From assembly GCA_963764715.1 (NCBI GenBank), contig CAVXTP010000009.1:1-64000 (forward strand): a stretch of 64,000 nucleotides of DNA. The letters are read 5' to 3'. Position numbers and translations under genes: made by a program. Under the pieces are notes generated by a model. The model saw only the letters and a program-made list of their open reading frames with translations, made no database searches and was not told the DNA's origin. Shown one piece after another: positions 35,406 through 45,852 of this stretch (position 1 is its first letter; every line of letters starts with the position of its first letter). This DNA is from an uncultured Acidobacteriota bacterium. Lineage in GTDB: Bacteria > Acidobacteriota > Thermoanaerobaculia > UBA5066 > Gp7-AA6.

Positions 35406-35774
35406 ATGCCGATCTACGAGTACGTCTGCGGCAAGTGCCACAAGAAGACGGAAGTCATCCAGCGCATGAACGAAGCGCCGCTGAAGGTCTGTCCCCACTG
35501 CGGCGGCAAGCTCAAGAAGGCCTTCTCCGCGCCGGCGATCCAGTTCAAGGGCAGCGGCTGGTACGTGACCGATTACGCGCGCGCGAAGTCGGAGAGCGGC
35601 GGAAAGTCCTCGGGGAAGTCGGACAAGGCCGAGCGCGAGGAATCCGCGTCGGGCTCGGGCGAAAAGGCCGAAAAGGCCGAGAAGGCGGAGAAGGCTGAGA
35701 AGGCTGAGAAGACGGCGAAGTCCGAAAAAAAGGACAGGGGCGAAAAGAAGAAAACCCGCGGCTCGGATTCCTGA
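35406..35774 (+). CDS. FmdB family zinc ribbon protein with (AEK)n tail
   Basis: MPIYEYVCGKC..CPHCGG..FKGSGWYVTDY. Confidence 0.93.
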   Translation: MPIYEYVCGKCHKKTEVIQRMNEAPLKVCPHCGGKLKKAFSAPAIQFKGSGWYVTDYARAKSESGGKSSGKSDKAEREESASGSGEKAEKAEKAEKAEKAEKTAKSEKKDRGEKKKTRGSDS

Positions 35775-35778
35775 AACG

Positions 35779-35794
35779 CGGCCCGGAACTTGCA
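35779..35794 (+). promoter_or_regulatory. Sigma54 -24/-12 promoter
   Basis: CGGCCCGGAACTTGCA. Confidence 0.65.
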
Positions 35795-35842
35795 ATTTCC
35801 TCCCGGTGAGCGCTCGGAAGCGCTCCCGAAAGGAGGATCCCA

Positions 35843-36148
35843 ATGCTGCTGGCGAGCGTCGTTCTGGCGGCGCAGGTTTCGGGAACGCCCCCGGCGCGGG
35901 CCGACGTCGCGAAACCCTGCGCGGACCCGTCCCTGTTGTGTCAGATCAGTCCCTTCTTCTGCCCGGGAACGTATCCGGCGGGGCTCGAGCCCTGCTGGCC
36001 GGAGGGCACGCGCGAAACGCGCACTCTGTCGAGCCGCCCGGCCGCGCCCGCGGGAGGCGCCTTCCGCCGGGAGTCTTCGACGCGGACCGGGTCGACCTCC
36101 GGGTCGACGCGGCGCGCGCCGGCGAAGAACGCAGGCCGGGAACGCTGA
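35843..36148 (+). CDS. Small exported 4-Cys hypothetical protein
   Basis: AGGAGG RBS; MLLASVVLAAQ; CADPSLLCQISPFFCPG..PCWP. Confidence 0.65.
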   Translation: MLLASVVLAAQVSGTPPARADVAKPCADPSLLCQISPFFCPGTYPAGLEPCWPEGTRETRTLSSRPAAPAGGAFRRESSTRTGSTSGSTRRAPAKNAGRER

Positions 36149-36221
36149 CGGGTGAGACGGGATGGGCCCTCGAGATCTCGAGGCCCCACGCCGTCGCATC
36201 CGCCTCGATGAATCCGGAACC

Positions 36222-36695
36222 TCAGGGCGCGAGCACGAAATTGTCCGACGCCACGAGCTCCCCGTTGTTGATCCCGTCGGCGACCATGGAGGCCTGCGCG
36301 GTCAGGTTCTGACTCGGAGCTCCGGGCGCGAGCGTCCCGACGGCGTTGATCGTGACGTGCGAGTTGGTGTTCGAGTCGAGGGTGTTGAGCGTCCAGGTCA
36401 CCGTCGAGTCGCTGAAGGTCGCCGACGTTCCGGGGCTGGCGTCGACGTTGTTGATCTGGAGCGGCGCGGGGAGGGTGGCCGTGACGACGCCGTCGTGCAC
36501 GCCCTCCACCCCGACGGCGGTGGTGGAAACGCTCATGTCGAACGGCACGCCCGACTGCACGGTGTCCGGAACGTCGACGGCGAGCGTCGCGAGGGCGCCG
36601 CCCGTTCCGGTCACGTCGTCGTTGTTGTTGCAGGCCACGAGGCCCGCGAGAGGAAGAGCGAGGAGCGAGAGCCGTACCCACCGGGAAATGCGCAT
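36222..36695 (-). CDS. Lipoprotein with Ig-like (DUF11-like) domain
   Basis: LVAC lipobox, beta-rich body, AAGGAGGT RBS. Confidence 0.8.
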   Translation of the reverse strand: MRISRWVRLSLLALPLAGLVACNNNDDVTGTGGALATLAVDVPDTVQSGVPFDMSVSTTAVGVEGVHDGVVTATLPAPLQINNVDASPGTSATFSDSTVTWTLNTLDSNTNSHVTINAVGTLAPGAPSQNLTAQASMVADGINNGELVASDNFVLAP

Positions 36696-36743
36696 GAAAC
36701 CTCCTTGTCGTCCGGCACCAGCGCCGGAGAGGAGGCTCAGGGG

Positions 36744-36759
36744 AGCAAGGCCGGTGCCA
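36744..36759 (-). promoter_or_regulatory. Sigma54 -24/-12 promoter
   Basis: TGGCACCGGCCTTGCT. Confidence 0.82.
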
Positions 36760-36764
36760 CCGCG

Positions 36765-37631
36765 TTACAGCTTGAGGCCCTGCAGATATTGCTTGAACGG
36801 GCCCCCGAGGTCGTCCCGCTTCAGCGCGAACTCGACGGTCGCCTTGAGGAAGCCGAGCTTGTCGCCCGCGTCGTACCGCCGGCCTTCGAAGAGGAGGCCG
36901 TCGATCGGGCCGCGCGCGAGCAGCGTCTTCAGCGCGCTCGTCAGCTGGATCTCGCCGCCCACGTCCGAGCGCGTGTCCTCGAGGATGTCGAAGATCTCGG
37001 GCGGCAGGAGGTAACGGCCGATGATCGCGAGGTTCGACGGCGCCTTCTCCGGCGAGGGTTTCTCGACCATGTCGGTGATCTCGACGACTCCGCCTTCGAT
37101 GCGCCGGCCGGCCACGATCCCGTACTGGCGCGTCTCGGCGCGGGGGACCTCCTGCAGCGCGATGACGGGGTTCCCGCGCCGCTCGTGGAGCCGGATCATC
37201 TGGCCGATGCACGGCACCTCGGCGTCGACGATGTCGTCGCCGAGCATCACGGCGAAGTGCTGCCGGCCGACGAGGTCCTTGGCCTGGAGGACGGCGTGGC
37301 CCAGGCCGAGCGCCTGCTTCTGGCGGACGTAGGAGACCGGGATCATGTCCGACACCTGGCGGACCTCGGCGAGGAGGCCCTCCTTGCCGCGTTCCTGGAG
37401 CATCGCCTCGAGCTCGGGCGCGGAGTCGAAGTGGTCCTCGATCGCGTTCTTGCCGCGGCCCGTGACGATCACGATCCGCTCGATTCCGGCGTCGCGGGCC
37501 TCTTCGACGACGTACTGGATGAGGGGCCGGTCGACGAGCGGCAGCATCTCCTTGGGCTGGGCCTTGGTGGCGGGCAGGAACCGCGTGCCGAGGCCCGCGG
37601 CGGGGAAGACGGCGACGCGAATGGCGGCCAT
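36765..37631 (-). CDS. galU: UTP-glucose-1-phosphate uridylyltransferase
   Basis: PAAGLGTRFLPATKAQPKEMLP, MVEKP, GEIQLT. Confidence 0.97.
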   Translation of the reverse strand: MAAIRVAVFPAAGLGTRFLPATKAQPKEMLPLVDRPLIQYVVEEARDAGIERIVIVTGRGKNAIEDHFDSAPELEAMLQERGKEGLLAEVRQVSDMIPVSYVRQKQALGLGHAVLQAKDLVGRQHFAVMLGDDIVDAEVPCIGQMIRLHERRGNPVIALQEVPRAETRQYGIVAGRRIEGGVVEITDMVEKPSPEKAPSNLAIIGRYLLPPEIFDILEDTRSDVGGEIQLTSALKTLLARGPIDGLLFEGRRYDAGDKLGFLKATVEFALKRDDLGGPFKQYLQGLKL

Positions 37632-37691
37632 GGGGCGAGTTTAGCCGATCGGCGAGCCGTCCCCGGGGCCGCCAGCCCGTACAATAGCGTC

Positions 37692-39470
37692 GTGCGGATC
37701 GACAAAAGAACGACCCGGCGGGGCCGCGCGCTCGGCCTCCTCGCGGCGGCGCTCCTCGCGTGGCCCGCGCCGTGTGCGCGCGCCGCGGCGTGGTGGCGGC
37801 TGCCGCTGTGGGGCGCCGAGGTCCGCGTCTTCGCGGTCGATCCGTTCCAGAGCGGCGTGCTCTACTGCGGCACCTCGCGCGGCAACTTCTACGGCTCGCA
37901 CGACGCGGGCGCGACGTGGGAGCCGCTCGCCCCGGGCCCCGCGTTCCCCGGCTTCTACGTGACGGGCCTCGTCGCCGATCCCGCGGCGCCGGGACGGCTC
38001 TGGGCGTCGCTCGCCGGGGAGCTTCGCGGCGGCCTCGTCGTGGTCAGCGACGATCGCGGCGCGTCGTGGCGGCCGCTCCTCCAGTCGGCGGGGGCCGTGA
38101 CGACGCGCGCGCTGGCGCTCGCGCCGGGACAGCCGCGCCTGGTGGCGGTCGGCGGCGACGACGGCGTCCGCCTGTCCTCCGACGGCGGGAAGAGCTGGAC
38201 GCGCACCGGCCAGGGCGTCCCGGGGCTGCAGCAGGTCGAGTCGCTCGCCTTCGATCCGGCCGACCGGCGCGTCCTCTACGCGGGGACCTGGCGGCAGGCC
38301 TTCCGGACGCAGGACGGCGGCGCGTCCTGGACGCGCATCGCCGAGGGCATGGTCCTCGACGCGACCGTCTACGCGTGGGACTTCGACGCCGCCGACGCGC
38401 GCGACATCTGGGTGTCGACCTGCGGCTGGGTCTACCGCTCGAAGGACGGCGGCGACCGTTGGACGCGCTACACGACCGGCTTCACCAACCGGCGCTCGCA
38501 CGCCGTGCGCCGCGACCCGCGCCGCCCCGGGGTCGTCTACGCCGCGACCGTCGGCGGCCTGCACCGCTCCGAGGACGGCGGCGCGACGTGGGCGCGCATC
38601 TCGCGCGACACGCTCGTCGTGACCGCGCTCGAGGTCGACCGGCGCACCGGACGCCTGTACGTGGGCACGGAGGGCGAGGGCATCTTCTTCTCCGACGACG
38701 CGGGCGCGACGCTCCAGCCGGGCTCGCAGGGCCTGACCGAGAGCCGCGTCTCAGAGGTCGTCGCGGACCCGAACGACCCGTCGCGCGTCTTCTTCTTCCG
38801 GGCCTTCGCCGGCGAGGAGAGCGGTGTGTGGGAGGCCGCGGGCCGGCAGGTGCGCAAGGTCTCGCTCGATCCGCTGCCGGCGTCGGCGTCGCTCGCGGCC
38901 TTCCGCGGGCGCGACGGCCGGACGGTGCTCCTGATCGCGAGCTCCTCCGGCGTCCGCGTCTCGCGCGACGGCGGCGTCCGCTGGACGGCCGCGGCCGCCG
39001 CGCCGCCCGGCTCGCCGATCGTTCTCTACGGCGAGCCGTTCGAGTCGCCCGTCCTCGTGACGACCGAGGGCGTGTTCCGGACGTCCGACGGCGAACGGTT
39101 CACGGCGGTCCCGGGAGGGCTGCGCCGGGTGGCTTCGGCCGAGCTCCTCGCCGACCGCAACGGGGAGGCGGTCCTCGAGGTCCGTTCGGGCGACGTGCTG
39201 TCGTGGTGGGACGGGCAGAACTGGTCGACGAAGAAGAAGGCGCTCCTCGGGGGCGGCATCTTCCTTCAGGATGCCGCGTCCGCGAAGCCCGTGAGCGGCT
39301 GGTCGAATCTGCAGGAAGTCGGCGGGACGCTCTTCTGGCAGGAGGGCCGCAGCCGCCGGGCGTTCACGAGCCCGCGCTCCTCGCTCATCCTCGCCTCGGC
39401 CGCGCAGGCGCACGGCGGGCGGGTCTACCTCGGAACGATGGGCGACGGCCTCTTCCTGTTCGAGCCCTAG
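37692..39470 (+). CDS. Secreted BNR/Asp-box beta-propeller protein
   Basis: Signal peptide; repeated SxDGGxxW Asp-boxes. Confidence 0.88.
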   Translation: MRIDKRTTRRGRALGLLAAALLAWPAPCARAAAWWRLPLWGAEVRVFAVDPFQSGVLYCGTSRGNFYGSHDAGATWEPLAPGPAFPGFYVTGLVADPAAPGRLWASLAGELRGGLVVVSDDRGASWRPLLQSAGAVTTRALALAPGQPRLVAVGGDDGVRLSSDGGKSWTRTGQGVPGLQQVESLAFDPADRRVLYAGTWRQAFRTQDGGASWTRIAEGMVLDATVYAWDFDAADARDIWVSTCGWVYRSKDGGDRWTRYTTGFTNRRSHAVRRDPRRPGVVYAATVGGLHRSEDGGATWARISRDTLVVTALEVDRRTGRLYVGTEGEGIFFSDDAGATLQPGSQGLTESRVSEVVADPNDPSRVFFFRAFAGEESGVWEAAGRQVRKVSLDPLPASASLAAFRGRDGRTVLLIASSSGVRVSRDGGVRWTAAAAAPPGSPIVLYGEPFESPVLVTTEGVFRTSDGERFTAVPGGLRRVASAELLADRNGEAVLEVRSGDVLSWWDGQNWSTKKKALLGGGIFLQDAASAKPVSGWSNLQEVGGTLFWQEGRSRRAFTSPRSSLILASAAQAHGGRVYLGTMGDGLFLFEP

Positions 39471-39677
39471 GGGTCAGGTCTTCACTTTTTCGAAGGCCCC
39501 GGAAGGTTCGGCTGACGCCTCGGACGGAACCGGGGCCCGAAAAATGAAGACCTGACCCCCTACGGAAGTCGTTCCAGCCTTCACTTTTTCGAAGGCCCCG
39601 GAAGGTTCGGCTGACGCCTCGGACGGAACCGGGGCCCGAAAAATGAAGACCTGACCCCCTACGGAAGTCGTTCCAGC
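39470..39677. repeat. GGGGTCAGGTC-type palindromic REP/MITE with a 99-bp tandem duplication
   Basis: IRs GGGGTCAGGTCTTCA.TTTTTCG / CGAAAAATGAAGACCTGACCCC; 39480-39578 is repeated at 39579-39677. Confidence 0.9.
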
Positions 39678-40134
39678 TTCAAGGTCGTCCCCGCCGCGAC
39701 GCCCTCCTTCGCCGCCATTCCGCCGGCGATCTCGAGCACCAGCCGGACCTTGCCGTCGGGACCGTAGGTCGGGCAGGGGTCGGCCTTGCACGGGGGCGTG
39801 TTCGCCGAGACGTAGACGACCCGGCCCGACGCGTCCATCCAGATCATGTCGAGCGGGATCATCGTGTTCTTCATCCAGAAGTGGTGCGGCGCGTCCTCGG
39901 GGAACACGAAGAGCATCCCGGTGCGGTCCGGCAGGTTCTCGCGGAACATCAGGCCCTGGGCCTGGTCCTCGGGCGTCAGGGCGAGCTCGAGGGAGTAGCG
40001 CGCGCCGGACGGCAGGACGGCGGCCGGGCCGGCGGCGGCCGTGGGTGTCGCGGCCGGCGGGGCCGAGGAGCCCGGCGATGCGCCGCAGGCCGCCGCCAGG
40101 ACCGAGATGGCCAGCATCGCCGGGAGGCGTCGGA

Positions 40135-40138
<4 letters not shown>
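39659..40138 (-). CDS. DUF192 family lipoprotein
   Basis: AAAC lipobox; [27 protein letters not shown]. Confidence 0.93.
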
Positions 40139-41564
<1,426 letters not shown>

Positions 41565-41568
<4 letters not shown>

Positions 41569-43263
41569 TGGACGGCCTCCGGGGAGGCCGCGGCGCGGCC
41601 GGCGGCGGCCTGGGTCGGCAGGTTTCTCGGCAGGAGTATCGTCACGGTCGTCCCTTCACCCGGCTTCGAGTCCACGTCGATCGCGCCCCCGTGGTCCTCG
41701 ACGATGCGCCGGACGATCGCCATGCCGAGCCCGGTCCCGCCGTCGAAGGCCGTCGAGAAGGGCGTGAAGACGCGGGCGATCTCTTCCTCGCTCATGCCCC
41801 GGCCGGTGTCTCGGAACTTGATGCTATACCAGGCGCCGTCCTCGAAGCCCTCGACGGCGAGCGTGCCGCCGTCGGGCATCGCGCGCACCGCGTTCTTCGC
41901 GACGTTGTAGATGATCTGCCGGATCTGGTCGCGGTCTCCCGCCAGCAGCGACGACGGCGGGACGACGTCGAGCCGGATCGCGTGCGCGTCGGAGACCTCG
42001 TCGGACATCCGGAAGAGCTCGAGGACCTCCTGGAGGTTGACGGCCACGTCGAAGACGGCGACGCGGCGCTCCTGCGGCCGGACGAACCGAAGGAACTCCT
42101 CGAGGATGCGCGAGAGGCGGTTCGACTCTGAGACGATGATCTCCATCAGCCGCCGCTCGGCGGAGCCGACCGAGAGCTCGTGCGAGAGGACCTGGACCGA
42201 GCCCGAGATCGAGGCCAGCGGGTTGCGGATCTCGTGGGCGATTCCGGCCGCGAGCTCGCCGACCGCGGCGAGCTGCTCGTTGAAGCGGGCCTGCCGCTCG
42301 AGCTTCTTCACCTCGGTCAGGTCCTGGAACACGATGAGGGCGCCGTCCTCGCCGGACGGGTCCTTGAGCGCGCGCACCGAGTAGCCGAGGACGCGCCGGG
42401 AATCCTCGCGCGCGATCTCGATCTCGGCGCGGTAGCCCTCCCGGCCCCGCGTCCGGCGCCGGATCTCGTCCCACTCGCTCGGGAGGTTGAGCCCGATCTC
42501 CGAGAGCGGGCGCCCGACGGCCCGCGCCGGAGGCGATGCCGAGGATGTCGCCGCCGGCCTGGTTGAGGAACACGACACGTTCGCGCGAGTCCGCCGTCAC
42601 GAGGCCGGAGGACATCGACGCGATGACGTTGGCGTAGAGGGTCTGGATGCGGGAAAGGGCCTTCTGCCGGCTCTCGAGCTCCTCCCGCGCGCCGCGCAGC
42701 TTCTCCGAGAGGTACGAGACCATGAAGGCCACGCCGTAGAACCCGACGATCGTGATCGCCAGGTTGTAGCCGATGCGCTCGGGGCCCCAGTGCCCGGCGG
42801 CCGCCATGCGCGGGCGCGGCAGGACTTCGTACGCGGTCAGCTCGACCATGAGGCCGTGGGCGAGGGCGGCGACGGAGGCGATGACGACGGCGCCGGTGCG
42901 GTAGAGGAGGAAGGCCGCCGCGCCGATGACGACGAGGTAGAGGAAGGTGAAGACCGAGGTCGGCCCTCCCGAGGAGTAGACCAGCATGCAGACGAGGCCG
43001 AGGTCGCCCAGGATCTGCAGGTACGCCTCGGGCCGCGGGGGCAGGAGGCGGCCGAGCGTCCAGTGGAAGAGCGAGAGCACGAAGGCCGCGGCGCACAGGC
43101 CGTAGAGGTAGGAGATGTCGACGTCCTCGGTCCGCGCGTCGGCGAGCAGCGAGGCCGGGGCGCTGCCGGCCTGGACCAGGAACGCGGACAGCAGGATCAG
43201 GAAGAGGACCGCGACCCGGATCGCGGTCAGCCAGAGCAGCGAGCGCCGGAGAGAGTCGTCCAT
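41565..43263 (-). CDS. pilS: PilS-like sensor kinase (frameshift near 42525)
   Basis: Multi-TM N-terminus, [16 protein letters not shown]; follows pilC. Confidence 0.85.
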
Positions 43264-43354
43264 GGGGTCAGGTGGCGTTCATTTTTCGGATTTCAGCCTC
43301 GCGGTGGTCGAGGTGACGACTTTCTGAAATCCGGAAAATCAAAGACCCGACCCC
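43264..43354. repeat. Second GGGGTCAGGT-type palindromic element
   Basis: GGGGTCAGGT..ATTTTTCGGATTTCAG / CTGAAATCCGGAAAAT..ACCCGACCCC. Confidence 0.8.
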
Positions 43355-43363
43355 GCGGCCGGC

Positions 43364-44567
43364 CTATCCGATCTTGTTGATCAGCGTGAACATCGGGAGG
43401 TACATCGCGATGACGATGCCGCCGATGACGACGCCGAGGATGAAGATCATGACGGGCTCGAGCAGCTTGACGAGCCCCGCCACGGCGATGTCGACTTCGT
43501 CCTCGTAGAACTCGGCGATCTTGTTGAGCATCGAGTCCAGGGCGCCCGTCTGCTCGCCGACGCCGATCATCTGGACGACCATGTTCGGGAACACCTCGGA
43601 ATCCTTGAGCGGCTCGACGAGCGTCTTGCCGTTCTCGACGCTCTTGCGCGTCTCGATGATCGCGTCCTCGACGATCGCGTTGCCCGCCGTGCGGGCCGTG
43701 ATGTCGAGGCTCTCCAGGATCGGCACGCCCGAGGAGGTCAGCGTCGCGAGCGTCCGGCAGAACCGGGCGACCGCGATCTTGCGGAGGATCATGCCGATGA
43801 TCGGCGCCTTCAGCATCGCGCCGTCGACGACGCGCCGCCCGCGATAGGTCCTGTAGTAGCGGCGGAAGAAGAAGATGGCCGCGCCGATGCCGATCACGAA
43901 GAAGATGAAGTAACGGGCCAGGAAGTTCGACGCGAGCGATGACGACCCGCGTCGGGAAGGGCAGCTCGGCCCCGAGGCTCGTGAAGAGGGCGGCGAACGT
44001 CGGGATGACCTTCAACAGGATGACCGCGACGACGATGGCCGCGATGCAGATGACCGCGATCGGGTAGATCAGCGCCGCGCGGACCTGGGCGCGCAGCTTG
44101 ACGGCCTTCTCGATGTACGTCGAGAGGCGCTGGAGGATCGTGTCGAGAATACCGCCCGCCTCGCCCGCCGCGACCATGTTGACGTAGAGGTCGTCGAAGG
44201 CCTTCGGGTGGCGCCGCATCGCGTCGGCGAGCGTCGAGCCCGCCTCGACGTCCTGCCGGACCTGGAGGAGGATCTTGGCGAAGCCCTTGTGCTCCTGCTG
44301 GTTGGCGAGGATCTCGAGGCACTGCACGAGCGGCAGGCCGGCGTCGATCATGACGGAGAACTGGCGCGTGAAGACGGCCAGGATCTTGGGCGGCACCTTC
44401 CGGGAGTACTTCGTCAGCGAGACTTCCTTGCCCCGCTCCCGGATGCCGGTGACGACGATGTTCTGGCGCCGGAGCTGCGCCAGCGCGACTTCCTTGGTGT
44501 CGGCCGCGAGGACGCCCTCCTGGACGAGGCCGCTCCGGTTCCTGCCCTTCCAGACGTAGTTCGGCAT
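43364..44567 (-). CDS. pilC: Type IV pilus platform protein (frameshift near 43935)
   Basis: FTRQFSVMIDAGLPL, AGEAGGILD, GEQTGALD, AMYLPMF. Confidence 0.92.
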
Positions 44568-44570
44568 GTC

Positions 44571-45689
44571 CTACCTCTTGCCGGCCGTCGCCGTCACCGT
44601 CGGGACGTTGACGCCCGAGCCCCGGTTGATGAGCTCCTGGAGCTCGTCGGGCATCGACGAACGGGACAGCGCGGACTCGAGCGTGATCAGCTTCTTCAGG
44701 TACAGCGTGGCGAGGGACTGGTTGAACGTCTGCATGCCGAACTTGGACTGTCCGGACTGCATGGTGGAGTAGATCTGGTGGATCTTGTCCTCGCGGATCA
44801 GGTTGCGGATGGCGGCGTTGGGGACGAGGACCTCGAGGGCCATGACCCGGCCCTTGCCGCTGGCGCGCTCGAGCAGGCTCTGACACATGATCCCCTCGAG
44901 GACGAACGAGAGCTGCGTCCGGATCTGGCTCTGCTGGTGGGCCGGGAAGACGTCGATGATGCGGTTGATCGACGTCGTGGCCGAGTTGGTGTGCAGCGTC
45001 GCCAGCGTCAGGTGGCCCGTCTCGGCGATGCGCAGCGCGGCCTCGATCGTCTCGAGGTCGCGCATTTCGCCGATGAGCACGACGTCGGGGTCCTCGCGGA
45101 GGACGGCGCGCAGGGCGTTCGAGAAGGAGTGCGTGTCGGCGTGCAGCTCGCGCTGGTTGACGAGGCACTTCTTGTGGCCGTGGAGGAACTCGATCGGGTC
45201 CTCGATCGTCAGGATGTGGAGCTGCTTCTCGCGGTTGATCTTGTCGATCATCGCGGCCTGGGTCGTCGTCTTGCCCGAGCCGGTCGGCCCGCAGACGAGG
45301 ATGAGGCCGCGCGGCTTTTCGCAGAGGAGCTCGACGACCGGCGGCAGCCCCAGCTCCTTGAAGCCCAGGATCTCGTACGGGATCTGCCGGTAGACGCCGC
45401 CGACGGCGCCGCGCTGCTGGAAGTTGTTGGCGCGGAAGCGCGCCAGGCCCTTGACGCCGAACGAGAAGTCGAGCTCGAGGTTTTCCTCGAACCGGTGCTT
45501 CTGGGCGTCCGTCAGGACCGAGTAGGCGAGCTGCTTCGTCTCGGGGACCGTCAGCGGGGGATACGGCAGCGGGATCAGCTTGCCGTCGAGGCGTACCATG
45601 GGCGGCGACTGCGTGGCCAGATGGAGGTCGGAAGCCCCCATCTCGACCATTTGCTTCAAAAGCCCATGGAGCGTGGCATCAGTCGCCAT
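44571..45689 (-). CDS. pilT: Type IV pilus retraction ATPase
   Basis: GPTGSGKTTT, EDPIE, LREDPD, AIRNLIRE, GMQT. Confidence 0.97.
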   Translation of the reverse strand: MATDATLHGLLKQMVEMGASDLHLATQSPPMVRLDGKLIPLPYPPLTVPETKQLAYSVLTDAQKHRFEENLELDFSFGVKGLARFRANNFQQRGAVGGVYRQIPYEILGFKELGLPPVVELLCEKPRGLILVCGPTGSGKTTTQAAMIDKINREKQLHILTIEDPIEFLHGHKKCLVNQRELHADTHSFSNALRAVLREDPDVVLIGEMRDLETIEAALRIAETGHLTLATLHTNSATTSINRIIDVFPAHQQSQIRTQLSFVLEGIMCQSLLERASGKGRVMALEVLVPNAAIRNLIREDKIHQIYSTMQSGQSKFGMQTFNQSLATLYLKKLITLESALSRSSMPDELQELINRGSGVNVPTVTATAGKR

Positions 45690-45747
45690 ACGGCCGTCCC
45701 CCGATTGTTGTGTCGGAGTAGTTTACGCCGGTTTGGGGGGGACGTAA

Positions 45748-45826
45748 AGCAGTAAGCAGTAAGCAGTAAGCGGTCAACCGGGGTGCAGCGCCCGCTGGCT
45801 TACTGCTTACCGCTTTCGGCTGACTG
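45748..45826. repeat. Inverted heptamer (GCAGTAA)n / (TTACTGC)n short tandem repeats
   Basis: aagcagtaagcagtaagcagtaagcggt followed by gcttactgcttaccgc. Confidence 0.8.
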
Positions 45827-45852
45827 GGCGGGTCACTGGACGACTCGCTGGA

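Noticed and set aside
35661-35711. 9-bp tandem repeat encoding (AEK)n
   Set aside because: Synonymous variation between units; an ordinary low-complexity tail of FmdB-family proteins.
36162-37691. N-terminal half of the 1102-aa ORF
   Set aside because: Antisense to galU and the lipoprotein gene; the propeller protein starts near 37692.
39480-39677. Direct repeat as a CRISPR array
   Set aside because: Only two contiguous identical 99-bp units, no spacers and no cas genes.
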